From NCBI GenBank assembly GCA_951406725.2, contig OX597831.1, positions 58,590,001 through 58,654,000 of the forward strand: a stretch of DNA of 64,000 nucleotides, written 5' to 3'. Within the stretch, counting starts at the first letter, position 1, and every line of letters starts with the position of its first letter. Below are positions 40,893 through 54,224 of the stretch, piece by piece. Source of the stretch: Octopus vulgaris (Eukaryota). Under the pieces are notes generated by a model. It ran no database searches and was not told where the DNA came from. It saw nothing but the letters and a program-made list of their open reading frames with translations. A program made the translations under genes and the position numbers.

Positions 40893-41069
40893 CGTTACTT
40901 AGCGGTTCGGTAAAAGAGACCGATAGAATTAGTACTGGGCTTACAAAAGAATAAGTCGCGGAGTCGAGTTGCTCGATTAAAGGCGGTGCTCCAGCATGGC
41001 CGCAGTCAAATTACTGAAACAAGTAAAAAGAAAAAGAAGAAAAAAATAACATCGAAAAATACCTTAGGA
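40495..41069 (-). mobile_element. Composite element: B-box hairpin, (AAT)n, hammerhead; partly folded back and interrupted by a SINE 3' fragment (40891-41040)
   Basis: Hairpin 40737-40802 between (ATT)n and (AAT)n; 40640-40662 mirrored at 41046-41068. Confidence 0.65.
40565..40610 (-). ncRNA. Minimal hammerhead fold, canonical CUGAUGA core, probable U16.1-to-C inactivating change
   Basis: GACAC-CUGAUGA-A-GGCUG-GAGGGUAUAU-CAGCC-GAAAC-GC-U-GUGUU. Confidence 0.75.
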
Positions 41070-41702
41070 GGAGAAAAGATTGTCGGGATTACGTCAGTAA
41101 CTGTACATTGCATTGATTTCTGTATAGCTTGGATTATTAGGTGATTTCGGCGCATATCGAGAGTCATTTAGGACGTATCTTCTATTTAGGGTGATATTTC
41201 TTATATAAATCACGCAATATTAGTAACCTTTTAGGTAATACTTGTTAATTACTTTCAAATATTCGTTTCGTTTGGACAACTGTTTTCCGAACAGTTATTG
41301 AATGATCATACCAATATTATACTTCCATTGTATAGGGCCGTCTTGGGAAGCATAATCATAATAACAGCAGCGTGTATTTGCATTTGCGTATACTTCAAAA
41401 TGTGCGATTTTTGGTTTCATTAGCTGAAACTGTTTGCGGATTGGTGTAAAATTCAATCTTTCTCTTGGCTTGCATCCTTATCACATGGTCCCTTGTTTCT
41501 TCTCTCAATGTTGGTGAATGTACTTTAAATTAAGGAGAAGGTTTGTGGGGAGCATATAAATCAATGCTTTCTACTTTGTTATCTGTATATTCTCTATTTA
41601 CATGGTTCCCCATCTAAGCTAACTTGTAGAAAGCAACTTTTCTCGGATGAAGCCATAGAATGATATTAATTACTAGTCCCTAAATGATACCTATTTCCTT
41701 TG

Positions 41703-41739
<37 letters not shown>

Positions 41740-41747
41740 CGTATACA

Positions 41748-42615
41748 TACAACGTGTCTCAAAAGTCAATGATGGGTTTCAATATTTAATAACTTCCTTA
41801 ACTTTACAAATAAATGCATGGAATTTTGATGCAATATAAAGTACATAATGAAAATTAATATGCACAGGTCAAATTTTGCAACACTACTACAGCACATATG
41901 AAAAATTACATCACCAACATGACAGCCGTTTTCGGCTACGGACGCCCGTTCTCTTTCCAAAACTTGCACTATTATACTTTTCAGAGTTTCAAACCCTACT
42001 TCTCTGATTTCATTATTGATGTTCTCCTTCAGTTGCACCAGGGTCTCCGGCTGGTTGACGTGAACCCTCACTTTCAGGTATCCCTACAAGTAAAAATCCG
42101 GATTAACCAAGTCTAGCGAAGGTGAAGGCTATTCAAGGTTGACCTCACACATGGTTCCAGCAATATGGGGCAACTTCTCATACCACAAAAGAAACAATGC
42201 AATTGCTGCGGCAGGGATTTAGAGAGACAACAACCTCTCACTTCGCCGATGTCAACTGCCTTTCACGTTTCCCATATTTGACTAGCCCGCATGTTTTCAT
42301 ATAGGGATACCTGAAAGAGAGGGGCTACGTCAACAAGCCCCTGAACATCAATAGAGAAATTTGAGAAGTCGGGTCCGAAACTCTTGAGGGTGTTATAATG
42401 CAAGTTTTGGAGAGAACACGGATGTGCAAACCGAAAATGGCTGCCATTTAAGCGATGTAAATTTAAAATTTTTCATGCGTTGCAGTAGTATTGCAAAATT
42501 TGACTTGTGAATATTAATTTTCATTATGTCCTTTATATTGTAACAAAATTTCATGCATTTATTTATAAAGCTGAGGAAGTTGTTGAAAATTGAAAGCCAA
42601 CAGTGACTCTTGGGA

Positions 42616-42617
<2 letters not shown>
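41748..42617. mobile_element. Foldback transposon made of two inverted 3' ends of a mariner/Tc1-superfamily element
   Basis: ~350-bp imperfect inverted arms, each encoding GYLK.R..VN.P...ENGCH..DV toward the outer end. Confidence 0.8.
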
Positions 42618-42661
<44 letters not shown>

Positions 42662-42965
42662 CTCATTATCGTATATTAAACTTTTTAATACTTTTTGATA
42701 GTTATATATATTTAAATAAAAAAAAATTAAATTAAAAAATTTATTAATTTAAATTTTAAAAAAATATTTTTAAAAAACATAAAAATTTATAAATATAAAT
42801 TAATAATTTTAAATTTAAATAATTTAAATTTAAAATTTTATACTTTTTATATATTTTTGTATATTATATTAATTATTTTATTTTTATGTTTTGGTTTATG
42901 TTTTTCACTGTTTGATTTGCCTAATAGTGGTTTTATCTCCAATTTAATTTATATATATATATATA

Positions 42966-43049
<84 letters not shown>

Positions 43050-43051
<2 letters not shown>

Positions 43052-43261
43052 TTTAAATTTTGGGACAAGACCATCAGTTTCAGATACAAAGTAAGTCGAT
43101 TACATCGACCCCAGTGTTCAACTTCTATCTTTTTTATTGACTGCGAAAGGACGGATGGGAAAGTTGACTCCTTCAGCATTTCAACTCAAAACGTAAAAAT
43201 GGATGAAATGCCGCTAAGCACTTTGCTCGGCGCGCCAACGATTTTGTCAGCTCGTCGCCTT
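43050..43261 (-). mobile_element. Degenerate Nin/Deu-like SINE
   Basis: GTCGATTACATCGACCCCAGTG ... CAGCTCGTCGCCTT. Confidence 0.75.
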
Positions 43262-43444
43262 CGCAAACACAGCGCACGCACACCCACAAACACTCAAACA
43301 CACAATATTAGATATATACACACATACACACGCGCACAAACACACACGCGCGCACAAACACACACGTGCGCACACACAATCACATATATAGATATATATG
43401 CATATGTATAAACACATACATACTCCCGTTCACTCTCCTATCTT

Positions 43445-43760
43445 GCACTCGGTCGGTTACCACGACGAGTGCTCCAGTTGGTCCGATGAAGAGCACAGTC
43501 TGATGTGAAGTTAACATGCAAGTCGTTGAGCACTTAACAAAAACGCGTACCCTCAACCTAGTTCTCGGGGAGATTCAACGTGACAGAGAAGGAGACAGGG
43601 CTAGCCCTTTGAATGACAGGCACAACGTGTTTTGCCAGGTGAGGGAACAGGAGCACATTAATGAAGGATTCTTGCTCAAGGACACAACGCGCCGTCAGGA
43701 TTCGAACACAGGGCCTTACGATCATAAACCGAATACCCAAACCACTAAGCCAAACGTCTC
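43445..43760 (-). mobile_element. tRNA-derived CORE-like SINE
   Basis: Minus strand TGGCTTAGTGG...GTTCGAATCC...TGTGTCCTTGAGCAAG. Confidence 0.75.
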
Positions 43761-44099
43761 ACACTCAGCCTCTTACACGCACGGGCACATAGACATAAAC
43801 ATACACACATATACATATGAGTTGAGAAATAAGCCAGTGGTTTGACATCCAGTAATCTACTATCGATAGCCATGTAACCTAGTACAACATATAGAAAGTC
43901 GATCTGTTGGTGACTAAACCCGCCAGCTACATGCGGGATTGTAAAACCATTATGTCTTGCTTTCTCCTCATCTGTTGAGAAAAACTATATCTGAACGGAA
44001 TAAAGCTACTAGTAACTGCAACAGTGAATTTCACTCAAATCATCTGTAAGTATTCATATGAAAATATATCGATAAATGGAAAACATATGAAATCAATCC

Positions 44100-45110
44100 A
44101 TGCGCATACTACGAAATATCGCAGTAGCTGCCTCATGATCCATGCAGCAGAAGAACGGTGCTGGAAACTGAAATAATTTTATGTAACACAATGGTATGTT
44201 AGAAGGTTGCTACACAGATGAATCAGAGAGGAACTCTGCTGTTTGGAATCAGGTTTTGAAGTTACAATATCGATAAGGCTGTGGAGAAATAAACTGAAAG
44301 GAAACACATGTTCATGTTTGATTCCCCTTCATTAAGTTTGTAAAATGTATTATGTCTAAAGTAGATCAAATTCCAGTAACCTTTTGAAGGATGATAGGTT
44401 TAAGTGTTCTAAACAGAAAGTGGTGCTATCCAACACCAATGATTGTGTACTCACCGAAACTAATGAGTTTTACATCGTTATGCAAATGAACAAAAGAAGG
44501 TAGCCCAAAGAAGACGGAGTAGAAATGAGGACTAATTTTAGTGTGAATATCGAGTAGTAAGCACAATAATATCCCGTTGATATTGGCAAGCATAGTGTGT
44601 GTCAATGCATATCACATCGGATTTCCCTTAATTTTGTCCTCCGAGCATGTCTTCATCATTATCAACTCCAAACCCAAAGAGATGAGGGAAGAGAAAATAA
44701 TTTGGATGTAGCTAAACTTGAAAACGTTGTAATTCTTTAAACTACATTATAACTAAACTGCAGGACATATTACATGAATACCAGGAAAGGCAAAAGAGAG
44801 GACACACTGCTAAATAATTTAATAAATGGTAGCATTCCTATTAAAATACCATACATGCAAAGTACATTACATTGGCGACAAGAAAGTTAATGGAGAGGAA
44901 TGAAAAATCCATTCTGCAAAAGATGACAGAGAACTTGCAGATTCGTGGGAAGCAGCAAAACCAGCGAATATAAATGCGAAATTTTCCTGCTAAACGTCAT
45001 TGTGCTAAGCAAGCGCCTACCAAATCTAAAGGGAATACATCGAAAATGGCTTGACTGCGACGAGGATACCACACGTAGTGAAGTAGTGCAAAGCATACTA
45101 CTAAACTGAA
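44100..45110 (+). mobile_element. Very degenerate RTE-like LINE remnant
   Basis: Patchy similarity to RT and C-terminal LRFxGH motifs; many stops. Confidence 0.35.
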
Positions 45111-45158
45111 GAAATCCTGTTAACGTTATATATATATATATGTATATGCATACATACA

Positions 45159-45241
<83 letters not shown>

Positions 45242-45779
45242 GTATGTATGTATATATGCACATATACATATACATACATACAGGCATAAGTAGATTTGGC
45301 TTTATGTCTTATTTAGAGCGGATTTCACGTAGTTATTTGTGATTTACAGCTATTTGAGTGAATAATATAAAACGACACGACAGCAAAATATCATAGGAGA
45401 CTTCTTTTCGGACTTGGTTATAATGCTTAACAGTACAGACACATGAAATGACAGAAACTGACAGATATTTATATAGATACATAGAGAGGTAGATAGACAG
45501 ACCGTTTGAAAGTTAAATAGATAGATGGATGAATAACGAAGGAATTAGATCGATACGAAATGGAATAGATTTGCAGAGAAATGACAGGTTATGATAGATG
45601 TAACAGATTATAGGAAGAAAGAATATGATAACAGACTTTTAGTATTCATTCTGGTTAAGTGGTGGATGTTCACTCGTGAAGATTCTGGCACTAGACCTGC
45701 CGTTTTATCATCAGTAGGTATATTTGAAACTTTTGAACTTTTCTTAACTTTTTTGTACTTTCTAAACATTTTTTGTACT

Positions 45780-45990
45780 TTCTGATTTTTCCTATTGTCG
45801 TTTCTTCCTATTTTGGTTTTTCTATCCCGCTGTCCGGCATTCGCCATGATAGATCGCTAGCAACTACACATTCTTTATTTACTTTCCTTGTTTCTTTCAG
45901 TCTTCCTCTAAGTGGAAGAGCGTAGGCTCGAAACGTTAAATACTTTTTCACTTTCCAAGCGTTAAGCTAATACATCTGTTTGTGAATTAT
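45780..45990 (+). mobile_element. PLE-type terminal-repeat fragment with broken hammerhead
   Basis: GAA-GAGC-GTAG-GCTC-GAAACGTT-AAA at 45915-45940; 5' part of the core disrupted; ends at (TA)n. Confidence 0.55.
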
Positions 45991-46059
<69 letters not shown>

Positions 46060-46145
46060 TAATCCAAACTTGAAAACACAACAACGCAAGGACGTGGAAC
46101 AAATATAGTATTATTGGACGCTCAGGAAGGAAGGGAAGAAGGAGG

Positions 46146-46180
46146 GCTTAACGTTTTGAGCGGAGCTCTTCATCAGAAAC
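46146..46180 (-). ncRNA. Minimal hammerhead fold with G12-to-A change, in a ~200-bp element between (TA)n tracts
   Basis: GUUU-CUGAUGA-A-GAGC-UCC-GCUC-AAAAC-GU-U-AAGC. Confidence 0.7.
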
Positions 46181-46253
46181 ATAGGGAAAGGAAAGATCCA
46201 GAGAAGGGAAGACGGAGGAAAAAAATCGCCAACGGTACACACGCTGTCACATT

Positions 46254-46311
<58 letters not shown>

Positions 46312-46557
46312 AATGACCACTAAGTGGACATCCAGTATGCTAGATGTAGACACCATATGATCTGACCACTAAGAATAGATTGTTCTCGGACATTTACGTT
46401 TGTAAATATGTAAATGGTAACAATGAAACCTTGTATGTGACTTATTATTTTGTATCTTTTCATTTGTCTTCCTCGCTTACGTTTGGGCGTTTGCTTTTTT
46501 GCATAATCGAAGCTTGCTAACGTACTTAAACTGGATCCCTGAATAAAACATACATGT

Positions 46558-46589
<32 letters not shown>

Positions 46590-46725
46590 GTAGCAATAAA
46601 ACAATTTTTTCCTGTAAGTTCTAGGTAAATGTTTTATCGTATTTTAATTGTTTTCTATATGGCATGATTTAAGTATATCATTGTTCTATTGCTACATGAT
46701 GGTTCTTCTCTAATCTATATACATG

Positions 46726-46767
<42 letters not shown>

Positions 46768-47156
46768 GTGGCAGGTAAGACACATGGTAACAGAGAGAAA
46801 AAACGCCTTTGTAGAGATTGATTCTGAACACTTATTTCCCTAATTATCGAGGAGAAAAGAAATATATCTAATAATAGTATGAAAATGCCACAGTGCCCAA
46901 TAATATACATCATGAATAACATAACAAGTAAGCTGGCTGAAAGGAATATATATTATTTCTTTATTTAAATTTAGTTTAATACAAATTTATTTACTAGCGT
47001 TGTCTCTTGAATTTAGTCTATTTTTCCATTGATCTGTCATTTAATTTACGTTACTGTTCATGTTACAGTATCAACATGTACATCCATCACGTATGTTTGT
47101 ACCTCCTTATTACCTCGAACTTATCTACATACCTCTGTTACACAGTGTCTCTAGTT

Positions 47157-47240
47157 ATCCATCCATCCATCCATCCATCCATCCATCCATCCATCCATCC
47201 ATCCATCCATCCATCCATCCATCCATCCATCCATCCATCC

Positions 47241-47309
<69 letters not shown>
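47157..47309. repeat. (CCAT)n-(CTAT)n compound microsatellite
   Basis: Direct reading. Confidence 0.95.
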
Positions 47310-47508
47310 ATAGAGAGACAGACAAATAGTTACACAGAGATAAATATGTATATTTATCTAGTGTATGCAATAAACTCGGATTTTCAAAAGTAAGCTAGTG
47401 TAGGAATCATTCGAGAGAATGAAAGAATTCGTATTAGAATATCCATGCTGTGGATAATGAATCGATACAAAATATCTAAAAATATCTAAACCAAAGTTTG
47501 TAGTCTAA

Positions 47509-47560
<52 letters not shown>

Positions 47561-48556
47561 ATGTGTGCGTGTATGTGCATATGTGTGTGCAGTAGGTGTG
47601 TGTGTTGAGTAATACAATCGACGACTATTAGCGACTATTAATGCTTGTATATCACACAGCCCGCTATTTTCTCTTCAGAGACTTGTTCTCACACCAAACA
47701 ATAATTTCAATAAAACTTATTTTCCTGCTTACTCTAAGAAATGAGAAATATAACTGATATATAAACATCTAATTAAAGACTTGGGAATTAACCATTACCA
47801 GATAAGACAGAGTATTTGTAAAAAAATATAAAACTGATCTTTGCAGACATTTGATAAGCTTTTGTCACTTTGGGTACTAAATACAGTATAATGGATAAAA
47901 AGCTGTATTTGTTTTATGTACTTTTATTTTCTCATTATATAACAAAAAAAAATATATATATCATCAACGCTTCTTATTTGCTTTTTATATTTTGCTCATA
48001 CTGATTATCACTGAGGTTTGTTAGAAATTACGCAAAACAACAGAGATGTATTAAGACATAAAGGAATGGAAGGGGAAAAAAAAACATCAAAATTCAGCAT
48101 TAATCAAAACGAAAAAAAATTCTGTGAATATAGTGTTGATGACCAATGACAATGTCCATTGAAAGGACAATAGAAATTAATGTATGGCTGGCGTGTTATG
48201 TCGTTTATCTCAGTTCAGCAACATTGTGAACAATGAAAATAGCCAATGTTGTACATCATGTAATAAGGAACAGACAAGGAGACATTGTCGGTTCGTATTT
48301 GATGACAGCTCGCTTCCCTTAAGATTCTGTTTCTCTAGCATACATGACAAGAACATAAAAAAGAAAATATCATTTTCCTCTTTTAATGATGTACTGAAAT
48401 ATTATATTGTGTAATCAGAAAAGGTGACATCGTGACTGTCATTGTACAATGTAAGCGTATTTTAAAGGAGACAAGTTGGGAACACAATTTTTTTTATTGT
48501 GTACGCGGTTTCATTATTCACTCCAGGATAGTCTCACACCAGCAGAAAGCAGAAAG

Positions 48557-48975
48557 AAGGCGGCGAGGTGGCAGACACGTTAGCACGCCGGGCGAAATGC
48601 GTAGCCGTATTTCGTCTGCCGCTACGTTCTGAGTTCAAATTCCGCCGATGTCAACTTTGCCTTTCATACTTTCGGGGTCGATTAAATAGGTACTGGTTAC
48701 ACACTGGGGTCGATACAATCGACTTACTCCATTTGTCTGTCCTTGTGTGTCCCCTCTGTCTGTAGCCGCTTGTGGTTAGCAAAGAAATATGTGTTTCATC
48801 TGCCGCTACTTTCTGAGTTCAAATTCCACCGAGGCCAACTTTGCCTTTCATCCTTTCGGGGTCGATTAAATAAGTACCAGTTACACACTGGTGGGTCGAT
48901 ATAATCGACTTAATCCGTTTCTCTGTCCTTGTTTGTCCCCTCTGTGTGTAGCCCCATGTGGATAATAAAGAAATA
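48557..48975 (+). mobile_element. Dimeric Nin/Deu-like SINE
   Basis: One head, two core-tail units. Confidence 0.85.
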
Positions 48976-49559
48976 AGAAAGCTCGCCTTCAAGCTGGGTA
49001 CCCAAAGAAAATAAACATGTTTTACTTCAAACTGTCGCCAGCTTATATTCAATGATATAGTTTAATTCAGCTTTAAAAATTTCTTGAGAATAAAATATTT
49101 GCCGCTTACAAAGTATTGCGTTTTATAACTATTTCTACGACAATGTAGAGTATACAAAATGAATGTGTAATATATGGGTCTAGATTAAGTTGGTGAGATG
49201 GCAGAATCATTTGGGCGCCGGTCAAAATGCCCCCTCCGAAATTGTTAGCCTTCTGCGAAAATGTGAATCCAAAATATGGATCTAGATTCATAAAGAGATG
49301 ACGTTTGACCCAATGACTCAAACAACTTCAACAAGACACCGTGTTCTACGTGACTGCATTACCTGCCAGAAATACCAGCCAGATACTTACCAAATAGCAT
49401 ACTAGACTATTTAGTAGGGAAGGTATTTATTGTAATAAAGGCCTTATATAATTATATAATGCGATCGTACGTATCTTCCTAAAAGTTTTATTATTAGAAA
49501 AGCTGAGAGCAATAATAACATTCATCGCAATAAACGTGTTAAATGTAAAATATATAGAA

Positions 49560-49950
49560 CAATACTGATTTGAAATTTTGGTGCAGCGCAAGCAATCTGA
49601 GAGTAGGAGAAATCGATTACAGCGACCCCAGTGTTCAGCTGAAAGGATGAAAGGCAAAATCGACTTCGGCGGAATTTGAACTCTGAACATAAAGCCGACG
49701 AAATGCCGTGAAGCTTTTTGCCAGGCGTGCTAACAATTCTGTCACCTCAACGCCTAAAGCCAGCTCGCGGCCTTAAGAATGTTTCATACTGATTTCAAAT
49801 TTTTGTCACGAGACCAGCATTATATGAGGCAGGGTTAGTCGATTACATCGACACCAGCGCTCAGTCGGTACTTATTTTATCGATCCATAAAGCATAAAAG
49901 GCAAAGTCGACTTAGGCAGAATTTGAACTCAGAATATAAAAACGAACGAA
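49560..49950 (-). mobile_element. Two degenerate Nin/Deu-like SINEs
   Basis: AAAGGCAAA.TCGACTT.GGC.GAATTTGAACTC present twice. Confidence 0.75.
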
Positions 49951-50516
49951 GGCAGCTAAACAATGTTTACAGTTAAAATATATTCAGAGGAGGGTGAATG
50001 GCTTTTGTCGATTAAATGGTTTTGATCTTAGAATACTGTCTAACATCTATCAGACGGCGATATACGAACCACTTGGAGAGCATTGTATCCATTTTAAAAG
50101 ACAACAGCTTACTGTGATAACTCGTATACTCAATTCCTGTAAACATTATAATCGTGATAAATCGGTGTTATGTCAATATGTATCCTCTATATTTTGATGT
50201 ATGATCTATGTAATTAGTTATACTACCACGTTTTGCGTGAGTCTGTTTCCTGAATCGATATGCTGCCAGCAAACCAGCTAAACACTTAAAAGTTTTATCT
50301 TTTAGATAGCTAAATATTTAACTTTGTAGAATCCAGTTGAAGAAGTTGTATGCGATGCAAAACGCAGCTGTGTAGTTAAGTGGTTCGCACAGTGACTAGA
50401 TCGTATTATAGCAACTGCACGCTACAGTGTGGAAATACAATCAACTGCTTTGTGAGTAGAAACTGCGAAAATTGGCCGTGTTTCTCTATCACTCTTTCTG
50501 CCTGTCACACACGCAG

Positions 50517-50517
<1 letters not shown>

Positions 50518-50600
<83 letters not shown>
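50518..50600. repeat. (CA)n microsatellite
   Basis: Direct reading. Confidence 0.95.
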
Positions 50601-50602
<2 letters not shown>

Positions 50603-50754
50603 TTACACATATATATTTCGTAGAATCAAAACAGTGACTCTACGGTTAGGAGTTTAGTACCTTAGCATTTATCAAACTCTGAGCTTGATAAGTGACAACG
50701 CACAAAACTTTCGTCCCTTGAGTCTCTCTGTTCCATCTGCTATATATATATATA

Positions 50755-50969
50755 CTCTTTACCCTTTTACTCTTTTACTTGTTTCAGTCATTTGACTGTG
50801 GCCGTGCTGGAGCGCCGCCTTTAGTCGAGCAAATCGACCCCAGGACTTATTCTTTGTAAGCCTAGTACTTATTCTATCGGTGTCTTTTGCCGAACCGCTA
50901 AGTTACGGGGACGTATACACACCAGCATCGGTTGTCAAGCGATGTTGGGGGGACAACACAGACACACAA

Positions 50970-51048
<79 letters not shown>

Positions 51049-51208
51049 CATATATACAACGGGTTTCTTTCAGTTTCCGTCTACCAAATCCACTCACAAG
51101 TCTTTGGTTGGGCCGAGGCTATAGTAGAAGACACTTGCCCAAGGTGCCACCCAGTGAGACGGAATCCAGAACCATGTGGTTCGTAAGCAAGCTACTTACC
51201 ACACAGCA
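50755..51208 (-). mobile_element. tRNA-derived SINE (same family as 13542-13958)
   Basis: Reverse-complement homology including the (TAAAAGAG)n-type tail. Confidence 0.88.
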
Positions 51209-51218
51209 ATTCGTACAG

Positions 51219-51353
<135 letters not shown>

Positions 51354-52239
51354 GAAATACCATAAAGAAAAATGTGACTAAAGATGTCGAGACACCTACA
51401 TTGTAAAAAATAGGAGTAAAATAATCTCTGTGCTTTGGGAAGAACGTAAATGTATTCACATACGCTGACAGAGGAAGAAACCTCCGCATTAACGAATCCA
51501 GAATCTCTCAGGCTAAACGTTTAGTTTCGCATATTTCCGTTTGCTACACGAGCAAGAGCTGCTCGATCGCCTGGCGTCGGCTAATTCAGTCTGTCAGCAT
51601 GTATGTATGTATGTATGTATGTATGTATGTATGTATGTATGTATGTATGTATGTATGTATGTATGTATGTATGTATGTATGTATTTATGAATATACATAT
51701 GTATGTATATATGTAAGTATGTATGTATGTGTGATTGTCGTCGCTATTTCAAAATCCGGTCTATCCACAGCCATTTTTTTTTTTTTACTTTGTACACTTT
51801 GGAAGGATGAAAAGCAAAGGCGATTTTTGATTAAATTCGTAGCGCAGAAAACCGGGTCAAATACTACAAGACATTCTCTCAAACGCCATGAGAAATTCGC
51901 GTCTGGTTACTTTTTTTATTTTTAGTTGCAAATTGGTAAATATATATGTCCCATTATGTGAAAATGAGTAGTTGAACGTTCGGGTGAATAGGGTCTATGA
52001 AATAAATATCAGGCTGGCATCCAATATTGGAATCGATATGATCAATTTAATTTAGTGAGAGTGGTGTACTAGCAAATCTGGAGCGCAATGGATTAACAAA
52101 TATAACAATGAAATATTATATAATTTATTGTCTTAATTGCCACGTATCATGAAGCTTTGGTGTATATAGAGATATATAGACAACTGAATTGACTGTAGGG
52201 AGTACATGTTTGACTTTAATATTACTACCGATAGAAGTT

Positions 52240-52518
52240 TATGTACGTATCCCTCTATGGTGGGATTTCAGCATTGGATGCAGGAAAGAAAATTATAGTG
52301 AAGGAAATTTATACTTCTGTGAAGACACAGGCTGGAAAGCAGAGCATTTTCCAATCGAAGTCGGATGTAGAGAGATCATTGGACAGAGTGTGAGACAACC
52401 GTTGTTATTGTTAGACCTAGCTCATCGTAAAATAAATACCACCATGACCGATATCCAAACTACAGTGGAAAAGGCTAGCCACTGGATTTGGTTAAAAAGA
52501 GACGACGAGCGATGGTTA
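52240..52518 (+). mobile_element. 3' end of a HERO-like restriction-endonuclease non-LTR element
   Basis: CEDTGWKAEHFPIEVGCR...VEKASHWIWLKRD matches the GWxxxxFPVEVGCRG...AEKASxWLWLKR C-terminus. Confidence 0.75.
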
Positions 52519-52960
52519 TCTCTCCATATATAAAACTGAGAATGTGTGTTTGTCTGTCTGTCTGTGTGTTTCCCTAAAACTTGAGAACTACACAACCAAT
52601 TTCATTCAAATTTTACACATGCCTTACTTAAGGTACGGGTAGTGTCATTTAACTTTTTCCCTAGGGCGACTCCGCAGCAATATCATATCTTCTCCACTAT
52701 TTCAGTATTACGTGTTAAAAGTGAAACAAAAACATCTCTCTATTGTAATGCAGATATTCACTTTAATACTGAAACTATTAAAGTGAAAGTATTATATATC
52801 AGGGATGAACCATTAACAGTGGTCATCCATTTTTCTAGAAGAAGATCCGCTATGGTCTTATATGCTACACCACTGGTTTTCAATTCATATAATCAAATTA
52901 ATATTCAATTTTTCACCCTTATTATGTGTGTGCGTATTAGCAATTCGAATAAAATTGCAT
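52519..52960 (+). mobile_element. 5' part of a non-autonomous Helitron-like element
   Basis: TCTCTCCATATATAAAA, (TGTC)n, AACTACACAACCAATTTCATTCAAATTT resemble the 5' ends of animal non-autonomous Helitrons; no clear 3' CTAG. Confidence 0.45.
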
Positions 52961-53591
52961 CAATGACTTGAACTTGAATAAGTGGTTTCACATAAATGGG
53001 GATAAATTAAAAAGGTTTGTTGCTATTATTATTACTGTTTGACTATTGTAATCACGTTTGTTGGTTCCTCGTCAGGGAAACGTTGTTGTGTTGCATTTGT
53101 TTAATAATTGTAAACCGTAACCCTCCCACTTTTGGAGAAGGGGCTTTGGTTATTGTTTAAAAATTGAATTGTGTCCCTGTTTGGGGAAATTGACAATATT
53201 TTCACCATCATTAGGGAAGCATTTTTTAAAAAATGACTTTGATAGAAGAAAGTCCAAAAATGAATTTCGCTGCAGCCGTACACTTCTATACAAGCGGGAG
53301 GACAAGATCCAATTGATCGAAATTGCAAGAGACGAGCCTACAATTCGAGCCTGTTATATATTTTGAGTATTGTTATCACTAGCGATATCAAGATAAAACT
53401 TGGACTCCACCTGTACTGGCTTGCAATGATTCATTTCTGAAAGTATGAGACCTTCGGGCCTTTAGACGTTGGGGAAGTTGAAATCACCCAAAAGAAATAT
53501 AGTCACGTGGTGTTCTAGATTCATGAGGATTTTAAAAATTCTTGTGAGGCAATCTTCAAACTTGCCTATGTGATTTGAAGCATCCGGTGGG

Positions 53592-53646
<55 letters not shown>

Positions 53647-53651
<5 letters not shown>

Positions 53652-53960
53652 ATATTTCGGAATGGTCATTTTGCCAGTTTAGCCAATAAAAACACACGCA
53701 CTATATATTTGGTGTTACTTTGCTTCAGTGTTATTTATTTTTACATTAATCTTAATCTTATTTCGGCCAGAGTTCTTTCGTCCTGTGACCGCATCAGTGG
53801 TCCTTTGTTTTCTTCTTTCTTATTTGTGTCTCTCCTTACTAACCGTCAGCCATTTTGTATTTCTATTGTATGTCTTGATTTGCGCATGCTTATATCTCTG
53901 TGCGTTTATGTTTATTTAGTGTGTGTATGTGGGAGATGCCTCTAATATTTGTATCTTCTG
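53647..53960 (-). mobile_element. PLE-type terminal-repeat fragment beside (TA)n with degenerate hammerhead
   Basis: Minus strand CCA-CUGAUGC-G-GUC-ACAG-GAC-GAAA at ~53776-53800. Confidence 0.45.
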
Positions 53961-54224
53961 TTTATATATGTTCATGTAATTTGTAATTTTATATGTACAT
54001 GTAATTTGTATGTTGTTTTTTGTTTTTGTTGTTTTAGTTTATTCTTATATATATATATGTATATTTTTCGATTCAATTTATTATTATTATTATTACTAGT
54101 ATTGTTGTTATACATACATACATACAAGCATATGTAATGATAATAATAGGTGGATGTAAGCACATGAACAAAATAAAAATGGCTGCAGTACTATCATTAT
54201 TTCCTAAAAAATTTGTAGGGTACT

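Noticed and set aside
42700-42900. Almost pure A/T stretch
   Set aside because: Low complexity; likely decayed repeat or low-quality consensus beside long (TA)n.
45685-45720. Minus-strand CTGATGA followed by a GGCA/TGCC stem
   Set aside because: Six extra nucleotides before the stem and no GAAA; not a convincing hammerhead.
50700-50740. Minus-strand GGAC-GAAAG hammerhead-like end
   Set aside because: Core and stem II do not match.
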